From a virus (taxonomy: Duplodnaviria > Caudoviricetes): DNA of 64,000 bases. The stretch is from IMG/VR virus record IMGVR_UViG_2508501001_000004, positions 18,187 through 82,186 of that record. One strand, 5' to 3'. Shown one piece after another: positions 25,312 through 34,856 of this stretch; the stretch's first letter is position 1, and the number at the start of each line of letters is the position of its first letter. The notes under the pieces were generated by a model. That model was not told where the DNA came from. It saw only the letters and a list, made by a program, of their open reading frames with translations, and made no database searches. A program made the position numbers and the translations under genes.

Positions 25312-27447
25312 TTACGCCCATGCTCCTGCCGCAGATGAAGCAATATCAGTCTCCAGCATGGTTTTAATCTTTCCTACTATAGTGTCCACGCTCTGTCCGT
25401 TGTGAATATCCCCGGTTGTGACTGCTACTGTCGGCGTCAGCGTTACAAAGTTCTGGATGTTCTTCATTTCGGCTAATTCGCGCATGATCTTTAGGTCTTC
25501 GTTGGAGATATCGACTTTATCCTTGATTTTGCCGACTTCATCCACTTTGCCTATATTGGGGATGTTGCCCAAGTCGAAATCCGTCAGCGTATTTGTTCCA
25601 AGGTTTGACAGGCTGAATTTGTCCGAAACCTTGTTGCCCCAGTCATACCCGGTGTTGAAAGCGTTAGTGTAATCGAATCGACCAGGAAGGTAATTGTGGG
25701 GATCTAATCGCGGAATCTTTATTTCTACTTCACCCACTAAGTCATCAGCCATCCCCTGAAGATCGCCCCTCCATCCATTGATTGCATCCGACAGATGCTT
25801 TCCAGTCAACGTGTCAATTGCCGAAGCTATAGTCTCTAATATTCCTAAAACTGTATCCCCCAAGCCAACGAACAATCGGACAATGGAACCTACCGGGTCA
25901 TTAAACACATTTCTAATAGATTCGGCGACCGTTGCGATTACATTCCAGATTGTCGCGACGACATTAATAACAATTTTAAGGATCGCTAAGACGATGTTCA
26001 TAATAACCGCTCCGGCGAACATGAATGCCCCTGCAATAAGCCCTGTGGCAGAATAGCTCGTGCCGGCAAATTTATTGATGGCGGCTATTACAACATAGAA
26101 GATAGCTATTAATGCGATGATGCCAACAATTATCCATGTTATAGGACATGCAAGCAAAGCCGCATTAAGTCCGTCTTGGGCTATTATTAATGCAATTATT
26201 GCCGCAGTTTCCGCCCAAGAAGCAATGGCATGCGCTCCTTTTACTGCCAAATCTTTTAAGGTCGTAAGCCACGCAATCCCCATTACCGCATTATAGGCTA
26301 TTAAAGCACCCACAACTCCCCAAATAATAGGTTCAATAATGCCCCAATTGTTTTGCACCGCATTTCCAACTAAAATCAAGCCCGAAATTAAACCGTTTAT
26401 TGCACGAGCTAATATATTGATTCCAATTGTTAGATTATCTATGAACGCGGCCCCACCAGGCGAGTTGATCAAGCTATTTATCTTCTCAATGACAGGACCA
26501 AAGGCTTTGAGTGCGTTATTTCTTAACTTATTGAACATATCTGCAAACGTCATAGGCATTGTCGCAAACTTTGAATTTATATCATCCGCCGCATTGAACA
26601 AGGCACCTTTAATAATGTCTGAAGTAATCGTCCCCTCTGCAGACATCTTTTTAAGCTCACCTTTGGATTTTCCCGTGAAATCAGCGATAGCGCTTGCCAG
26701 CATGGGGGCGTTTTCCATGATGCTGCGAAACTCATCACCTTGAAGCTTTCCCGCAGCCATCGCTTGAGTGAGTTGGTACATACCGGACTGCTGTTCCATG
26801 GTGGATGAGCCACCAACCTTGAAGGATTTCTGCATAAGTTCTGTGAATCTAATAATTTCATTATTGTTGGAAAAAGCATCTCCAGCCAGGAGGCCAAGTT
26901 TTCCCACACTACTTGCCATGACGCCATAAATTCCATACGCCCTATCTGCTGTAGCAAATATCTTGTCTTGAAGCTGCACGTCCGTTTGAGAACTATCGTT
27001 AATCAGTTTAAGTCGGGCCTGCGCTGATATATAGCTATCACTAGTATTCATAGCTGCCCTTAGACCCATTAAACTAATATAAGTTGCTACAATCCCCTTA
27101 ATATTAGAAAGCATCATGCTTGTATGGTGTGCACCATTTTGAGCCGACGCGTTGAATCTATCCTGTGCACTTGACGCTTGGTTGATAAGGCTTGCACTGC
27201 TCTGACTTGATTGGTTAAATCGTTGTTGTGCCCGAGTGGACTGGTCAATAGCCTGCCTTATGCCCGCTTCGGCTGCGGCTATTCTCTCTTGGGCTGCTAC
27301 AAGCGTCCTGCCAACATTGGTATTTCGTTCGGTAGCACTTTGCATTTGCCGCATACTTGACACCATGAGATTCATTCCCTGCGTTATGTTTTGTAGCGGC
27401 CTAGACATTGCGTCGAACATCCTCAGTGTAGCACTGATGGTTGGCAC
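25312..27447 (-). CDS. Tail tape measure protein
   Basis: LQGDEFRSIMENAP tape-measure motif; GTG 27447 (track start 27483). Confidence 0.9.
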   Translation of the reverse strand: MPTISATLRMFDAMSRPLQNITQGMNLMVSSMRQMQSATERNTNVGRTLVAAQERIAAAEAGIRQAIDQSTRAQQRFNQSSQSSASLINQASSAQDRFNASAQNGAHHTSMMLSNIKGIVATYISLMGLRAAMNTSDSYISAQARLKLINDSSQTDVQLQDKIFATADRAYGIYGVMASSVGKLGLLAGDAFSNNNEIIRFTELMQKSFKVGGSSTMEQQSGMYQLTQAMAAGKLQGDEFRSIMENAPMLASAIADFTGKSKGELKKMSAEGTITSDIIKGALFNAADDINSKFATMPMTFADMFNKLRNNALKAFGPVIEKINSLINSPGGAAFIDNLTIGINILARAINGLISGLILVGNAVQNNWGIIEPIIWGVVGALIAYNAVMGIAWLTTLKDLAVKGAHAIASWAETAAIIALIIAQDGLNAALLACPITWIIVGIIALIAIFYVVIAAINKFAGTSYSATGLIAGAFMFAGAVIMNIVLAILKIVINVVATIWNVIATVAESIRNVFNDPVGSIVRLFVGLGDTVLGILETIASAIDTLTGKHLSDAINGWRGDLQGMADDLVGEVEIKIPRLDPHNYLPGRFDYTNAFNTGYDWGNKVSDKFSLSNLGTNTLTDFDLGNIPNIGKVDEVGKIKDKVDISNEDLKIMRELAEMKNIQNFVTLTPTVAVTTGDIHNGQSVDTIVGKIKTMLETDIASSAAGAWA

Positions 27448-27489
27448 AATTAATCCCCCCTTGCGTAGCATAAGAAAAAGCACCCCCCA

Positions 27490-28047
27490 TTAGGAATGCT
27501 CAGTATCGTTTTCTACAAGAAATAGTTGATAAGAATTCCCCTTTTTTATTTTTGTTAACAAGCCTTTTATTTCCAGATAATTAACAAGTCTTTGTAAACG
27601 TTCACGTTCAAAATCAGGAAATTCCCTATACAAATCTTTTTGAATATATGTACCAGTAACCCTAATGATATTCAAGATTTTTTCTTTTAGTATTTCATCT
27701 TCTCGTATTTTTTCGATTCGATTAATTATGACTTCTTCTTGACTAAAACATAGACTCTGGCTATTGTGCATTTGTTCCCACATATCAATGAAATAGACTT
27801 TCCCTCCTTTGCTTGTTTTATAACAGAACTCTTTCAAGCGATTCAATTGCGCCAAGGCAAGATATAACTTTTCTATTTCTTCTGTTGGCGTTAGGTCGAA
27901 GGCGTAATTGTATGCATCGTAAAAATCAGATTCAAGTTTTTCAATTTTAGCGTGATGCTTTAGCCAAAAACCGTCAGACAACTCTTCGTCACGCTCACTA
28001 AAGTATAACCTCTTTTTTTCAGGTTTTTTTGTATCTTCATTATTCAT
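27490..28047 (-). CDS. Moron protein with C-terminal winged-helix-like segment
   Basis: AT-rich, 185 aa; IQKDLY...LEIKGLLTKIKKGNSYQL. Confidence 0.65.
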   Translation of the reverse strand: MNNEDTKKPEKKRLYFSERDEELSDGFWLKHHAKIEKLESDFYDAYNYAFDLTPTEEIEKLYLALAQLNRLKEFCYKTSKGGKVYFIDMWEQMHNSQSLCFSQEEVIINRIEKIREDEILKEKILNIIRVTGTYIQKDLYREFPDFERERLQRLVNYLEIKGLLTKIKKGNSYQLFLVENDTEHS

Positions 28048-28182
28048 TTCTCTTCCTGAACATTATTTCTCCTCCAATCAATGAATATTGTATCATCGAA
28101 AGGAACTTTATGCAGGATAATCGGCCCCATCACGGAGAACTATTTAGTAAGATTATTACTCATCTATTTAGGAGGGATTTTA

Positions 28183-28587
28183 GTGAAAATCTGCCTTAAT
28201 TGTGGAGATAAATTATTGGATGCAGCCAAAAAATGTCCTACGTGCAAAACAAAAGATAAAGGATTTCCAATTGTTGACTCAAACGATAAGGATACTATTA
28301 ACCGCATTATTGCCGGTGTTCCTAATCCCAAAGACCTAACAATGATCAAGCGAGATTTAGAACAAAGAAGGCAAATTGCGGCAATGGACAAAGAAGGAGT
28401 TGCCTATTGCCCCAAATGCCACTCCACATCTTTGAGCGCCAACAAAAAAGGATTTGGTATAGGAAAAGCCATCATTGGAGCTTTGGCGGCCGGTCCGATA
28501 GGTCTCGCCGCAGGGAATATCGGTGCGAAAAGAATTGAAATAACCTGCCTTAAGTGTGGCCATCAATTTATGGCTGGAGGTAAATGA
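28183..28587 (+). CDS. Double zinc-ribbon moron with glycine-rich hydrophobic segment
   Basis: CLNC/CPTC, CPKC/CLKC, GFGIGKAIIGALAAGPIGLAAG; RBS GGAGGG, GTG 28183; opposite strand to operon. Confidence 0.7.
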   Translation: MKICLNCGDKLLDAAKKCPTCKTKDKGFPIVDSNDKDTINRIIAGVPNPKDLTMIKRDLEQRRQIAAMDKEGVAYCPKCHSTSLSANKKGFGIGKAIIGALAAGPIGLAAGNIGAKRIEITCLKCGHQFMAGGK

Positions 28588-28603
28588 GCCTAATTTTCTC
28601 TTC

Positions 28604-28780
28604 CTATTTCTTCTTCAACTTCGCGGCTTCTCTCTTCTCCTTTTTAACCCGGATATCGATCATGGCATAAATCATTGCTTTCTCATTTCTCGGTAGCTCC
28701 GCAAACACCCCAGGCAAAATATGAAACTCGTGGAGGGCGTAGTAAGCATAATTAGCCTCACCATCGCCCCCCTCAATCAG
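28604..28780 (-). CDS. Tail assembly chaperone C-terminal extension (-1 frameshift product)
   Basis: Slippery A AAA AAC at 28786-28780; -1 frame reads LIEGGDGEANYAYYALHEFHILP...KLKKK. Confidence 0.7.
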   Translation of the reverse strand: MIEGGDGEANYAYYALHEFHILPGVFAELPRNEKAMIYAMIDIRVKKEKREAAKLKKK

Positions 28781-29190
28781 TTTTTTGCTTCTTCAACCAA
28801 GTCTTCCATAGTCTTGTCGTAGCCGTTGATTTCAGAAACAATACTTGAAAGCGTGGCATATTCGCCGTCTCTCATTTTGGTTTTCATTGCATTAAGCAAG
28901 TCTTCGGCACCCAGGACTCCCCAGCTTTTCTGCAATGCTTCGCTTTTAAAATTAGGGTGCACTGTAGTCTCAATAATAATCTTTGTCATAAATGCATCAT
29001 GATTTGCCTCAACAACTTTTTGCCCTTTGTGAAATGTAATCTTGCGGCAACTTTTCCTGATTTCATCACCGGTTGTGGCCGAGATTGGCCTAAACTTCAT
29101 TTTCTTTTCCTTTCCGCCAAGACTTACCGGCTTTTCAATAATCTCGGCATCCTCAAAATCTTCCATTAAAAAATCTTGTAAATCATTCAT
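28777..29190 (-). CDS. xkdN: Tail assembly chaperone
   Basis: PNFKSEALQKSWGVLGAEDLL, GEYATL, ends EEAKN. Confidence 0.85.
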   Translation of the reverse strand: MNDLQDFLMEDFEDAEIIEKPVSLGGKEKKMKFRPISATTGDEIRKSCRKITFHKGQKVVEANHDAFMTKIIIETTVHPNFKSEALQKSWGVLGAEDLLNAMKTKMRDGEYATLSSIVSEINGYDKTMEDLVEEAKN

Positions 29191-29269
29191 GCTTTATTCC
29201 TCCAATTTTTAACTAATCATTTTCAACGAAGGCAGGAACGCCAGGTCTTTAATGATCTGACACTTTGCC

Positions 29270-29989
29270 TTACTGCCGATACTTTTCATTTACCAACCTC
29301 TCGTTTTCGTTTATATAAGTTATCCCTAGGATTTTCTCAACAAGGTCAGCATACTCTCCCGAGACATACTTCCTTATTTCACCAACAGGATAACTATAAA
29401 ATATGTCCTTATAGATATTTTGGACCCCCGTAATGTTATCAAGGGTCATTCCTGACTTTTTAATCGAATTTATTACCGCGTCTACCTCTTCCCCTAGTTT
29501 GTACTCGTCGCAGTCATCAACGTAACAATTCTTCGCTTCCTCAAGATCGCACACTATGAAATCGACATCACTTTTAATAGGTTTCCATTTTGCTAAGTTG
29601 AGCTCCGCTGTCCAGTCTTCCCCGCAGAAATTATTTAAATCATTTAATACAATACATGCACACATCTGCTTTACGGCACTTGAAGCCTTTTCGTCAGACA
29701 CAGAAACCTCTTTAGGCGAATCAAATTTCATTATACTCAGATCCGAAACCACCTCATTAAAATTAACGTCAAACCATTCCCCTATCACTCTCTTGTTCTT
29801 ATATTTTGCATGCAAATCGACTTCTGCCTTTTCATAATTACCTATCAAGGGAGAGATAAATGACTTTGTTATTTTTAGTCCGGATTGAGTCTCAAGCGTT
29901 CTGAGCCTTTGAGTGGGGTTTTTTGCTCTACCAATTTTAACTCTTCCCGTTTCATTTGTAATAACATACACGTGCCCATTCTCATTCAT
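29270..29989 (-). CDS. GIY-YIG-like (T5orf172/MUG113) endonuclease-domain protein
   Basis: HVYVITNETGRVKIGRAKNPTQRLRTL...AEVDLHAKYKNKRVIGEWF. Confidence 0.8.
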   Translation of the reverse strand: MNENGHVYVITNETGRVKIGRAKNPTQRLRTLETQSGLKITKSFISPLIGNYEKAEVDLHAKYKNKRVIGEWFDVNFNEVVSDLSIMKFDSPKEVSVSDEKASSAVKQMCACIVLNDLNNFCGEDWTAELNLAKWKPIKSDVDFIVCDLEEAKNCYVDDCDEYKLGEEVDAVINSIKKSGMTLDNITGVQNIYKDIFYSYPVGEIRKYVSGEYADLVEKILGITYINENERLVNEKYRQ

Positions 29990-30000
29990 GGAATCTCATC

Positions 30001-30060
30001 CCTCTCTTTTAGCATTATTAAAGAGACCAGAATTATAATCTGATCTCTTTAAAAGAGAGG
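30001..30060 (-). promoter_or_regulatory. Long hairpin sequestering the RBS of the GIY-YIG gene, TTATAAT in loop
   Basis: CCTCTCTTTT/AAAAGAGAGG outer stem, AAAGAGA.CAGA/TCTG.TCTCTTT inner stem. Confidence 0.55.
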
Positions 30061-30119
30061 TTAGCGGTGTGTCTCACGACATGACATAGCCTCAAAAATG
30101 ACATAATCTCGTTACCGGC

Positions 30120-30572
30120 TTATTTAAACTTATCCAAGATATCGGCATCTTCAAAGGTAAATGGCAGCTCCTCTTCGATAGCATCATCGCTGCTTGCATC
30201 AAAGGATGCAATGATGACACTGTCTAGGTTGCAGTTCTTTAAGACAGTCGTCTGTTTCCCTATGCTTGAGGTCGTATCCTCATTGGTAATCTGCAGGTCG
30301 AAATAAAAATCCTTGCCGGTCTTGATATACTTCAGCATTAAGGACCTGAACAAGCTTGTAACGTAATAAACCGTCAACGTCCCACTGCCTGACCAACCCG
30401 TAGATTTCTTGGCAACATTCATTCTCCCCAGAATGGGGACATCGGTTTTGGTCTTTTCAATCGTAGCTTCAATGGACTTAGCGTAGAACAACTCTTCTAC
30501 TTGACCATTGATCGTCGCAAAGGCCCGGGCTTGCTTCCCTGTGATGACATCTTCCGATTTCATAAAGGCCAT
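30120..30572 (-). CDS. xkdM: Tail tube protein
   Basis: GKQARAFATINGQVEELFYAK, GSGTLTVYYVTS, EEELPFTFED. Confidence 0.9.
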   Translation of the reverse strand: MAFMKSEDVITGKQARAFATINGQVEELFYAKSIEATIEKTKTDVPILGRMNVAKKSTGWSGSGTLTVYYVTSLFRSLMLKYIKTGKDFYFDLQITNEDTTSSIGKQTTVLKNCNLDSVIIASFDASSDDAIEEELPFTFEDADILDKFK

Positions 30573-30573
30573 G

Positions 30574-31257
30574 TTAACTTACCCCCTGTTCATAATAAAG
30601 AGGCGGATTACGCAACCCACCTCTTTCAAGTATCTCATTAATGTTAAGCCCCCTATGATATTGAGCTCGTACTTTTTGAGGAGAAAGTCCAAATTCATCG
30701 GTAAGCTCAATCAATAAACGTTCCTCGTTCCTAAATTCAACCTTAATATTATTCCTTTTGTTCCTTGATTGTTGAAATCGAGTAGCAAAAAGGCAATTGT
30801 CAGGAAAGTATCCTTTGTTATTGTCTGCCCTTTCAATAGTAAGCCCATCATGATACCCATTTTGAAGAGCCCACATCTTGAAAGATTGATAACTGTCTCT
30901 CCACTCTTTACAAATAGTAATTCCTCGCCCCCCGTAATATGGGTAATCAGGGCGATTTTTATTATAGCACCTAGATCTCATATTCCCCCACGTATTGTAC
31001 AGCTTTGACCCTACATCTCCATGCTTTGTGCTCCTGTCAAGCAATATGTCCATCTTATAGCATCCACAGGACTTGGTGTGCCCACTCAATAAATGCCAAT
31101 GTTCAACTTCAACTATTGCTCCGCATTCACACTGACATTTCCAAAAATGAGAATACCTTTCTCCTTTGTTTTGTTTTTGCCTCTTTCCATAACCAATAAC
31201 ATAGAGTCTTTCGAAGAGCATATCGGTCAAATCTCGTTTCGGTTTTAAGCTTGGCAC
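30574..31257 (-). CDS. Free-standing HNH-type homing endonuclease
   Basis: WKCQCECG, SGHTKSCGC, YGGRGITICKEW, TIERADNNKGYFPDNC. Confidence 0.85.
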   Translation of the reverse strand: MPSLKPKRDLTDMLFERLYVIGYGKRQKQNKGERYSHFWKCQCECGAIVEVEHWHLLSGHTKSCGCYKMDILLDRSTKHGDVGSKLYNTWGNMRSRCYNKNRPDYPYYGGRGITICKEWRDSYQSFKMWALQNGYHDGLTIERADNNKGYFPDNCLFATRFQQSRNKRNNIKVEFRNEERLLIELTDEFGLSPQKVRAQYHRGLNINEILERGGLRNPPLYYEQGVS

Positions 31258-31263
31258 GAGTCA

Positions 31264-32580
31264 TCACCTCACTTTTACCAAGAGGTATATACGCTCTACG
31301 CTATCCACTGGTTGCGTGTAGGCCTCAATAAGAACAGCGTCCGCTTCGTTACCCGCAATGACAGTCAGGTCAGTCTGTGAGTCAAAGTTCTGGATGGCAT
31401 TAATCCCCTGCAGAGTTTCCATATAGTTCACACATTCATTCTTGAGCAGGTTCCTGCCGTCATCATTGTTATTGACTTTCCCGACGTAAAACTCAGAAAA
31501 GATACTTACCAGATCATTGTTGATACCGTCTAAAACCCTGATCACGCGGTTCTTGTGGAAAGCTTTACCCTTGTCCACTGTGAAGCTGGTCAGGGTATTA
31601 ATATCCTGTTCGACTAGCGCCCGGTTGTCGCTGGCCGTGAACAAAAACTCCCCGGCTTTTAACGCTGCAATGATCTGGGTATTCGTGTACCTGGGAGCCA
31701 CATCTACGGCATCGTCATAGGCTTGGTAGGTTAACGACTCGTTGACCTCAGCTCCCGCTGTGGCACCGGCTACCCAGGCCGTTGCCTGTGCTGCCGTAAG
31801 GGTTGTCCCGTTGGAGAGGACCACGCCATTTTTGACGCTGATCACACCCTCATAGTCGGCTATTGGATAATTCTCCAGGACCACCTGAATTTTCTTGCCC
31901 TCATCATCTCGGAGCCGTTTGCAGAAAGCTGTGAAGGTTGCTTTCAGTGTGTTATCTGTCGAAGGCAAGGCCAGAGTATTAAAGTCAAAAATCTCGACTG
32001 CTGCCAGATAATCGATATAAGCCTGATTGGTAACCGTACCGTCTGCTCCGCCGGTAAGAGGTGCGCCAGCTGTTTCAGCTAAAGCACCGGTGCCGCTGAA
32101 TATTACCCAGTCATTTGCAATAAGCCCAGCAATATTAGCTACAGTTTGCATATCCTGCTCAACCCCATCTACTAGGGTGGATACATCAAACTTGGTTTCA
32201 TCGTCGATATTTTCCTGAATGATTACAGAGATGCTGTTCCCGCGAACCCCGCCCCATTTAGCGGTGACCGAGAGATTGCCAGCTGTAGCCGTTGCCTTCG
32301 TCCCGGCGTTAAGCCTATACAGGAGGAGTTTTTGAGCTCGTTTCAGGGCTTCGTTAACCAAGAGCAATCTAGGATCTGTAATGCTGTAACCCAGCTTAGT
32401 CAACGTGTCTTCGCCGGCTTCAATCGTAATAATCTTACTGGGTTCGCCCCAGCTCAGCGCTAATGGGATCGAGGCTATGCCACGCTCCCCCAGGCTTCCT
32501 AGTGCCTGGGGCTCTGACTTGAAATTGATGTAAACTCCCGGCCTCACTTTATTCTGCGTTGTGAACGTGCCTGCTGCCAT
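31264..32580 (-). CDS. xkdK: Tail sheath protein
   Basis: GTFTTQNKVRPGVYINF, DINTLTSF, KNRVIRVLD. Confidence 0.92.
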   Translation of the reverse strand: MAAGTFTTQNKVRPGVYINFKSEPQALGSLGERGIASIPLALSWGEPSKIITIEAGEDTLTKLGYSITDPRLLLVNEALKRAQKLLLYRLNAGTKATATAGNLSVTAKWGGVRGNSISVIIQENIDDETKFDVSTLVDGVEQDMQTVANIAGLIANDWVIFSGTGALAETAGAPLTGGADGTVTNQAYIDYLAAVEIFDFNTLALPSTDNTLKATFTAFCKRLRDDEGKKIQVVLENYPIADYEGVISVKNGVVLSNGTTLTAAQATAWVAGATAGAEVNESLTYQAYDDAVDVAPRYTNTQIIAALKAGEFLFTASDNRALVEQDINTLTSFTVDKGKAFHKNRVIRVLDGINNDLVSIFSEFYVGKVNNNDDGRNLLKNECVNYMETLQGINAIQNFDSQTDLTVIAGNEADAVLIEAYTQPVDSVERIYLLVKVR

Positions 32581-32582
32581 TT

Positions 32583-32762
32583 TTATCTAGCCTCCTTCTT
32601 CAGAAAATTGTCTAATAACTCAAGGACTTCTTCCTGGGTGTATCGTTGCCCATCCTCCAAGAGTGCATTTAAAACATCCTTTTGAGGATACTTTTTAGAC
32701 TTCAGTATCTGCTGTTTCGTGTAGGCCTTAGCAACCTGCACTTCTTTTTTGGTGTTAACCAT
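32583..32762 (-). CDS. Small pre-sheath protein
   Basis: YTKQQILKSKKYPQKDVLNALLEDGQRYT; ATG 32762. Confidence 0.7.
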   Translation of the reverse strand: MVNTKKEVQVAKAYTKQQILKSKKYPQKDVLNALLEDGQRYTQEEVLELLDNFLKKEAR

Positions 32763-33207
32763 GTACATATCCCTCCTGTTCCATGGTTTGCATGAGCGGG
32801 TCGGGCACCGCCTCTTTCGAAACATGGAAATTATAATTAACAAAAAAATGCAGCACCCCGTCAACAACCTCATGGCGCATTCCTGTGCCCCGGATAAGGC
32901 CGTCATCTAAACTGATCAGCTCCATCTTGTCATAGAGCTGCTCTGCCATGTCATGCAGCTCCTCATTGCTCCCAGCAAAGTAATGAATATCAAACGAGTG
33001 ACTGCGCTGATACCGCCGGCCAAGGAGCTGATCCTGTGATACCGGAAAAAGCTTCACAAAAAAACAAGGCTTTTTAAAACCCTGCTTAATCTCTTCGCCG
33101 TATGTTTTTGTGCCCGGAAAGTGCTGGTCCAACACTGAAATAATGCTGTTTCGAATCAGGTTCACTGTAATTATGCCCACGTCATCATCTCCTTGGCGGA
33201 CGCCCAT
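32755..33207 (-). CDS. Tail terminator/completion protein
   Basis: YGEEIKQGFKKPCFFV, FDIHYF, VDGVLHFFVNY. Confidence 0.8.
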   Translation of the reverse strand: MGVRQGDDDVGIITVNLIRNSIISVLDQHFPGTKTYGEEIKQGFKKPCFFVKLFPVSQDQLLGRRYQRSHSFDIHYFAGSNEELHDMAEQLYDKMELISLDDGLIRGTGMRHEVVDGVLHFFVNYNFHVSKEAVPDPLMQTMEQEGYVHG

Positions 33208-33733
33208 TCATTATTTGCTCTAGGAGCTGGATTTGCTTGCGTTCGAGGTATTTGGGCAGATCCCTTTCGATTTCTTGCATAGAGATCGTCATCATAAATT
33301 TACCGCTGACCCAGCCAATTTTCCTATTCCCTACATACATACCCAAAGAGCCATACCTCTCCTTATAAGCTACCTTTGCCTCTTTGGTCAAGTGTATCAC
33401 TGATCGGTCATAGATGAATTTATTGCCTTCCCAATGCCCCGGTACCCAATGGGAGCGGAAGCCGTATTCAACGAATGAAGCATACTCTAGATTATTAAAA
33501 ATCTCTATGACATAAGCGTCACCTGTTCGAGTAACATTCCCAACCTGCCATTTTCGGCGGAGGTCACCGTGGTCTGCCAGCATCCGCATCTTAATCTTTC
33601 GTAGAGAGCGCATAGCCATTTCCGATAGGAACTCCCTGATAAACCGTTCCATTACGCGCTCGTCTAGGGCTTTTTGGAATGACTGAGCCAACCTTTCGAA
33701 TTCCTCGAAGCGAAAACTTCCCCAGCGGGCCAT
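33185..33733 (-). CDS. HK97 gp10-like neck protein
   Basis: GDLRRKW, NNLEYASFVEYG, GKFMMTIS. Confidence 0.8.
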   Translation of the reverse strand: MARWGSFRFEEFERLAQSFQKALDERVMERFIREFLSEMAMRSLRKIKMRMLADHGDLRRKWQVGNVTRTGDAYVIEIFNNLEYASFVEYGFRSHWVPGHWEGNKFIYDRSVIHLTKEAKVAYKERYGSLGMYVGNRKIGWVSGKFMMTISMQEIERDLPKYLERKQIQLLEQIMNGRPPRR

Positions 33734-34101
33734 TAGGCTTTATCCTCCCTTTGCAGGCTGATTTCCTGATGGGAGCCATAAACAAAGGGTTCTCCCGTCG
33801 TAAATTTCAGCGTCCTGCCACAATGAGTGACTACCAGCGTGTCCCCCTGTTTAATCTCTAACTCAGGTGCAATAAAAAGCTTCGTCTCGTAGAGGATATT
33901 GTTTGTAGATTCTGTTTGCTGATTACTGGCCAGCGACTTCTGAGATAGCTTACATTTTTGATCGATATGAACTGACTGCAGCTCCTGCCGGGTCTCCCCG
34001 GATGGCTTCTTTACGTCGATCATGCGGCTAACTGTGCAGGTGTCTTCATACAGCTTTTCTATGGCTCTACGGTGGCGTTTGTAGTTAATCATGCCTACCA
34101 C
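33733..34101 (-). CDS. Head closure protein
   Basis: IEKLYEDTCTV, KLFIAPELEIKQGD, YGSHQEI. Confidence 0.8.
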   Translation of the reverse strand: MVGMINYKRHRRAIEKLYEDTCTVSRMIDVKKPSGETRQELQSVHIDQKCKLSQKSLASNQQTESTNNILYETKLFIAPELEIKQGDTLVVTHCGRTLKFTTGEPFVYGSHQEISLQREDKA

Positions 34102-34484
34102 CTAAGCTTTCGGTATCGGTTCAAATCGATTTTGTAATTCAAAACGACTTGATCAATTGAGGACTTCGAAGTATTAGACACCCCGTCTCCTCTTCCGGGG
34201 CTTACCTGTGTATCTCCAATTTTCACGGCTTCAGAGCCGCCGACCGTATCGGAGATTTCATCCACATGGGGAAGGTCAATCCGGACAGCGTCAATAGTCA
34301 TCGATACCCAGGTGAATTTTAAAGAGTTCGGGATATCTAAAAGGTTGCAATAATGCAAAATTCGCCATCCGAGTTCTTCAATGTAATCTTTTATTAAGCT
34401 ATCCATATCCTCAGTTTTCAACTCCAGGCGATTTTTTACCTTTGTTAGGATAGTTTCTTGGTTGCTTGGATCGCTTGGGTGCAT
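34095..34484 (-). CDS. Head-tail connector (SPP1 gp15/HK97 gp6-like)
   Basis: ILHYCNLLDIPNSL, KIGDTQVS, LNRYRKLRW. Confidence 0.8.
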   Translation of the reverse strand: MHPSDPSNQETILTKVKNRLELKTEDMDSLIKDYIEELGWRILHYCNLLDIPNSLKFTWVSMTIDAVRIDLPHVDEISDTVGGSEAVKIGDTQVSPGRGDGVSNTSKSSIDQVVLNYKIDLNRYRKLRW

Positions 34485-34665
34485 TATCTTTCCTCATCTC
34501 CCCTTCTTGCCCGCTTGCTTTTTTATTTCCTGGGGAGCCCGGCTCGTTCTGATCTTTATGCCCTTCCAGATCGGCTTCTTTTTTCTTTTCTTCCGCCAAC
34601 CTGCGGGCACGGATAAATGCAGTGGCACTCATTTTACTCCTCCAGCGTGGCGATCCTGGCTGCAA
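34411..34665 (-). CDS. Small post-capsid protein
   Basis: MSATAFIRARRLAEEKKK (likely start about 34632); 3' end overlaps connector. Confidence 0.45.
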   Translation of the reverse strand: MQPGSPRWRSKMSATAFIRARRLAEEKKKEADLEGHKDQNEPGSPGNKKASGQEGEMRKDNAPKRSKQPRNYPNKGKKSPGVEN

Positions 34666-34843
34666 ATTCAGCCAGGATCGATTGAACGTCTGTTCCTGTA
34701 ACTCCGGGAATTTCAGATACAGTAACAGCAGAGGCGGAAATAGATCCGCCCTCGCCGCTTTCCAACTTTTCCAGGCATTTAATCACTCCATGGATTTTTC
34801 CCACTGGCGTTGTTCTGGATTTAACACTGCTTAAATCTGGCAT
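34634..34843 (-). CDS. Small head-associated hypothetical protein
   Basis: 69 aa, RBS AAGGGGGG directly after capsid gene. Confidence 0.6.
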   Translation of the reverse strand: MPDLSSVKSRTTPVGKIHGVIKCLEKLESGEGGSISASAVTVSEIPGVTGTDVQSILAEFAARIATLEE

Positions 34844-34856
34844 TTTGCAGCCCCCC

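Noticed and set aside
30574-31257. Group I intron carrying the HNH gene
   Set aside because: Sheath and tube ORFs are intact on either side, with only 1-6 nt of flank and no room for an intron core
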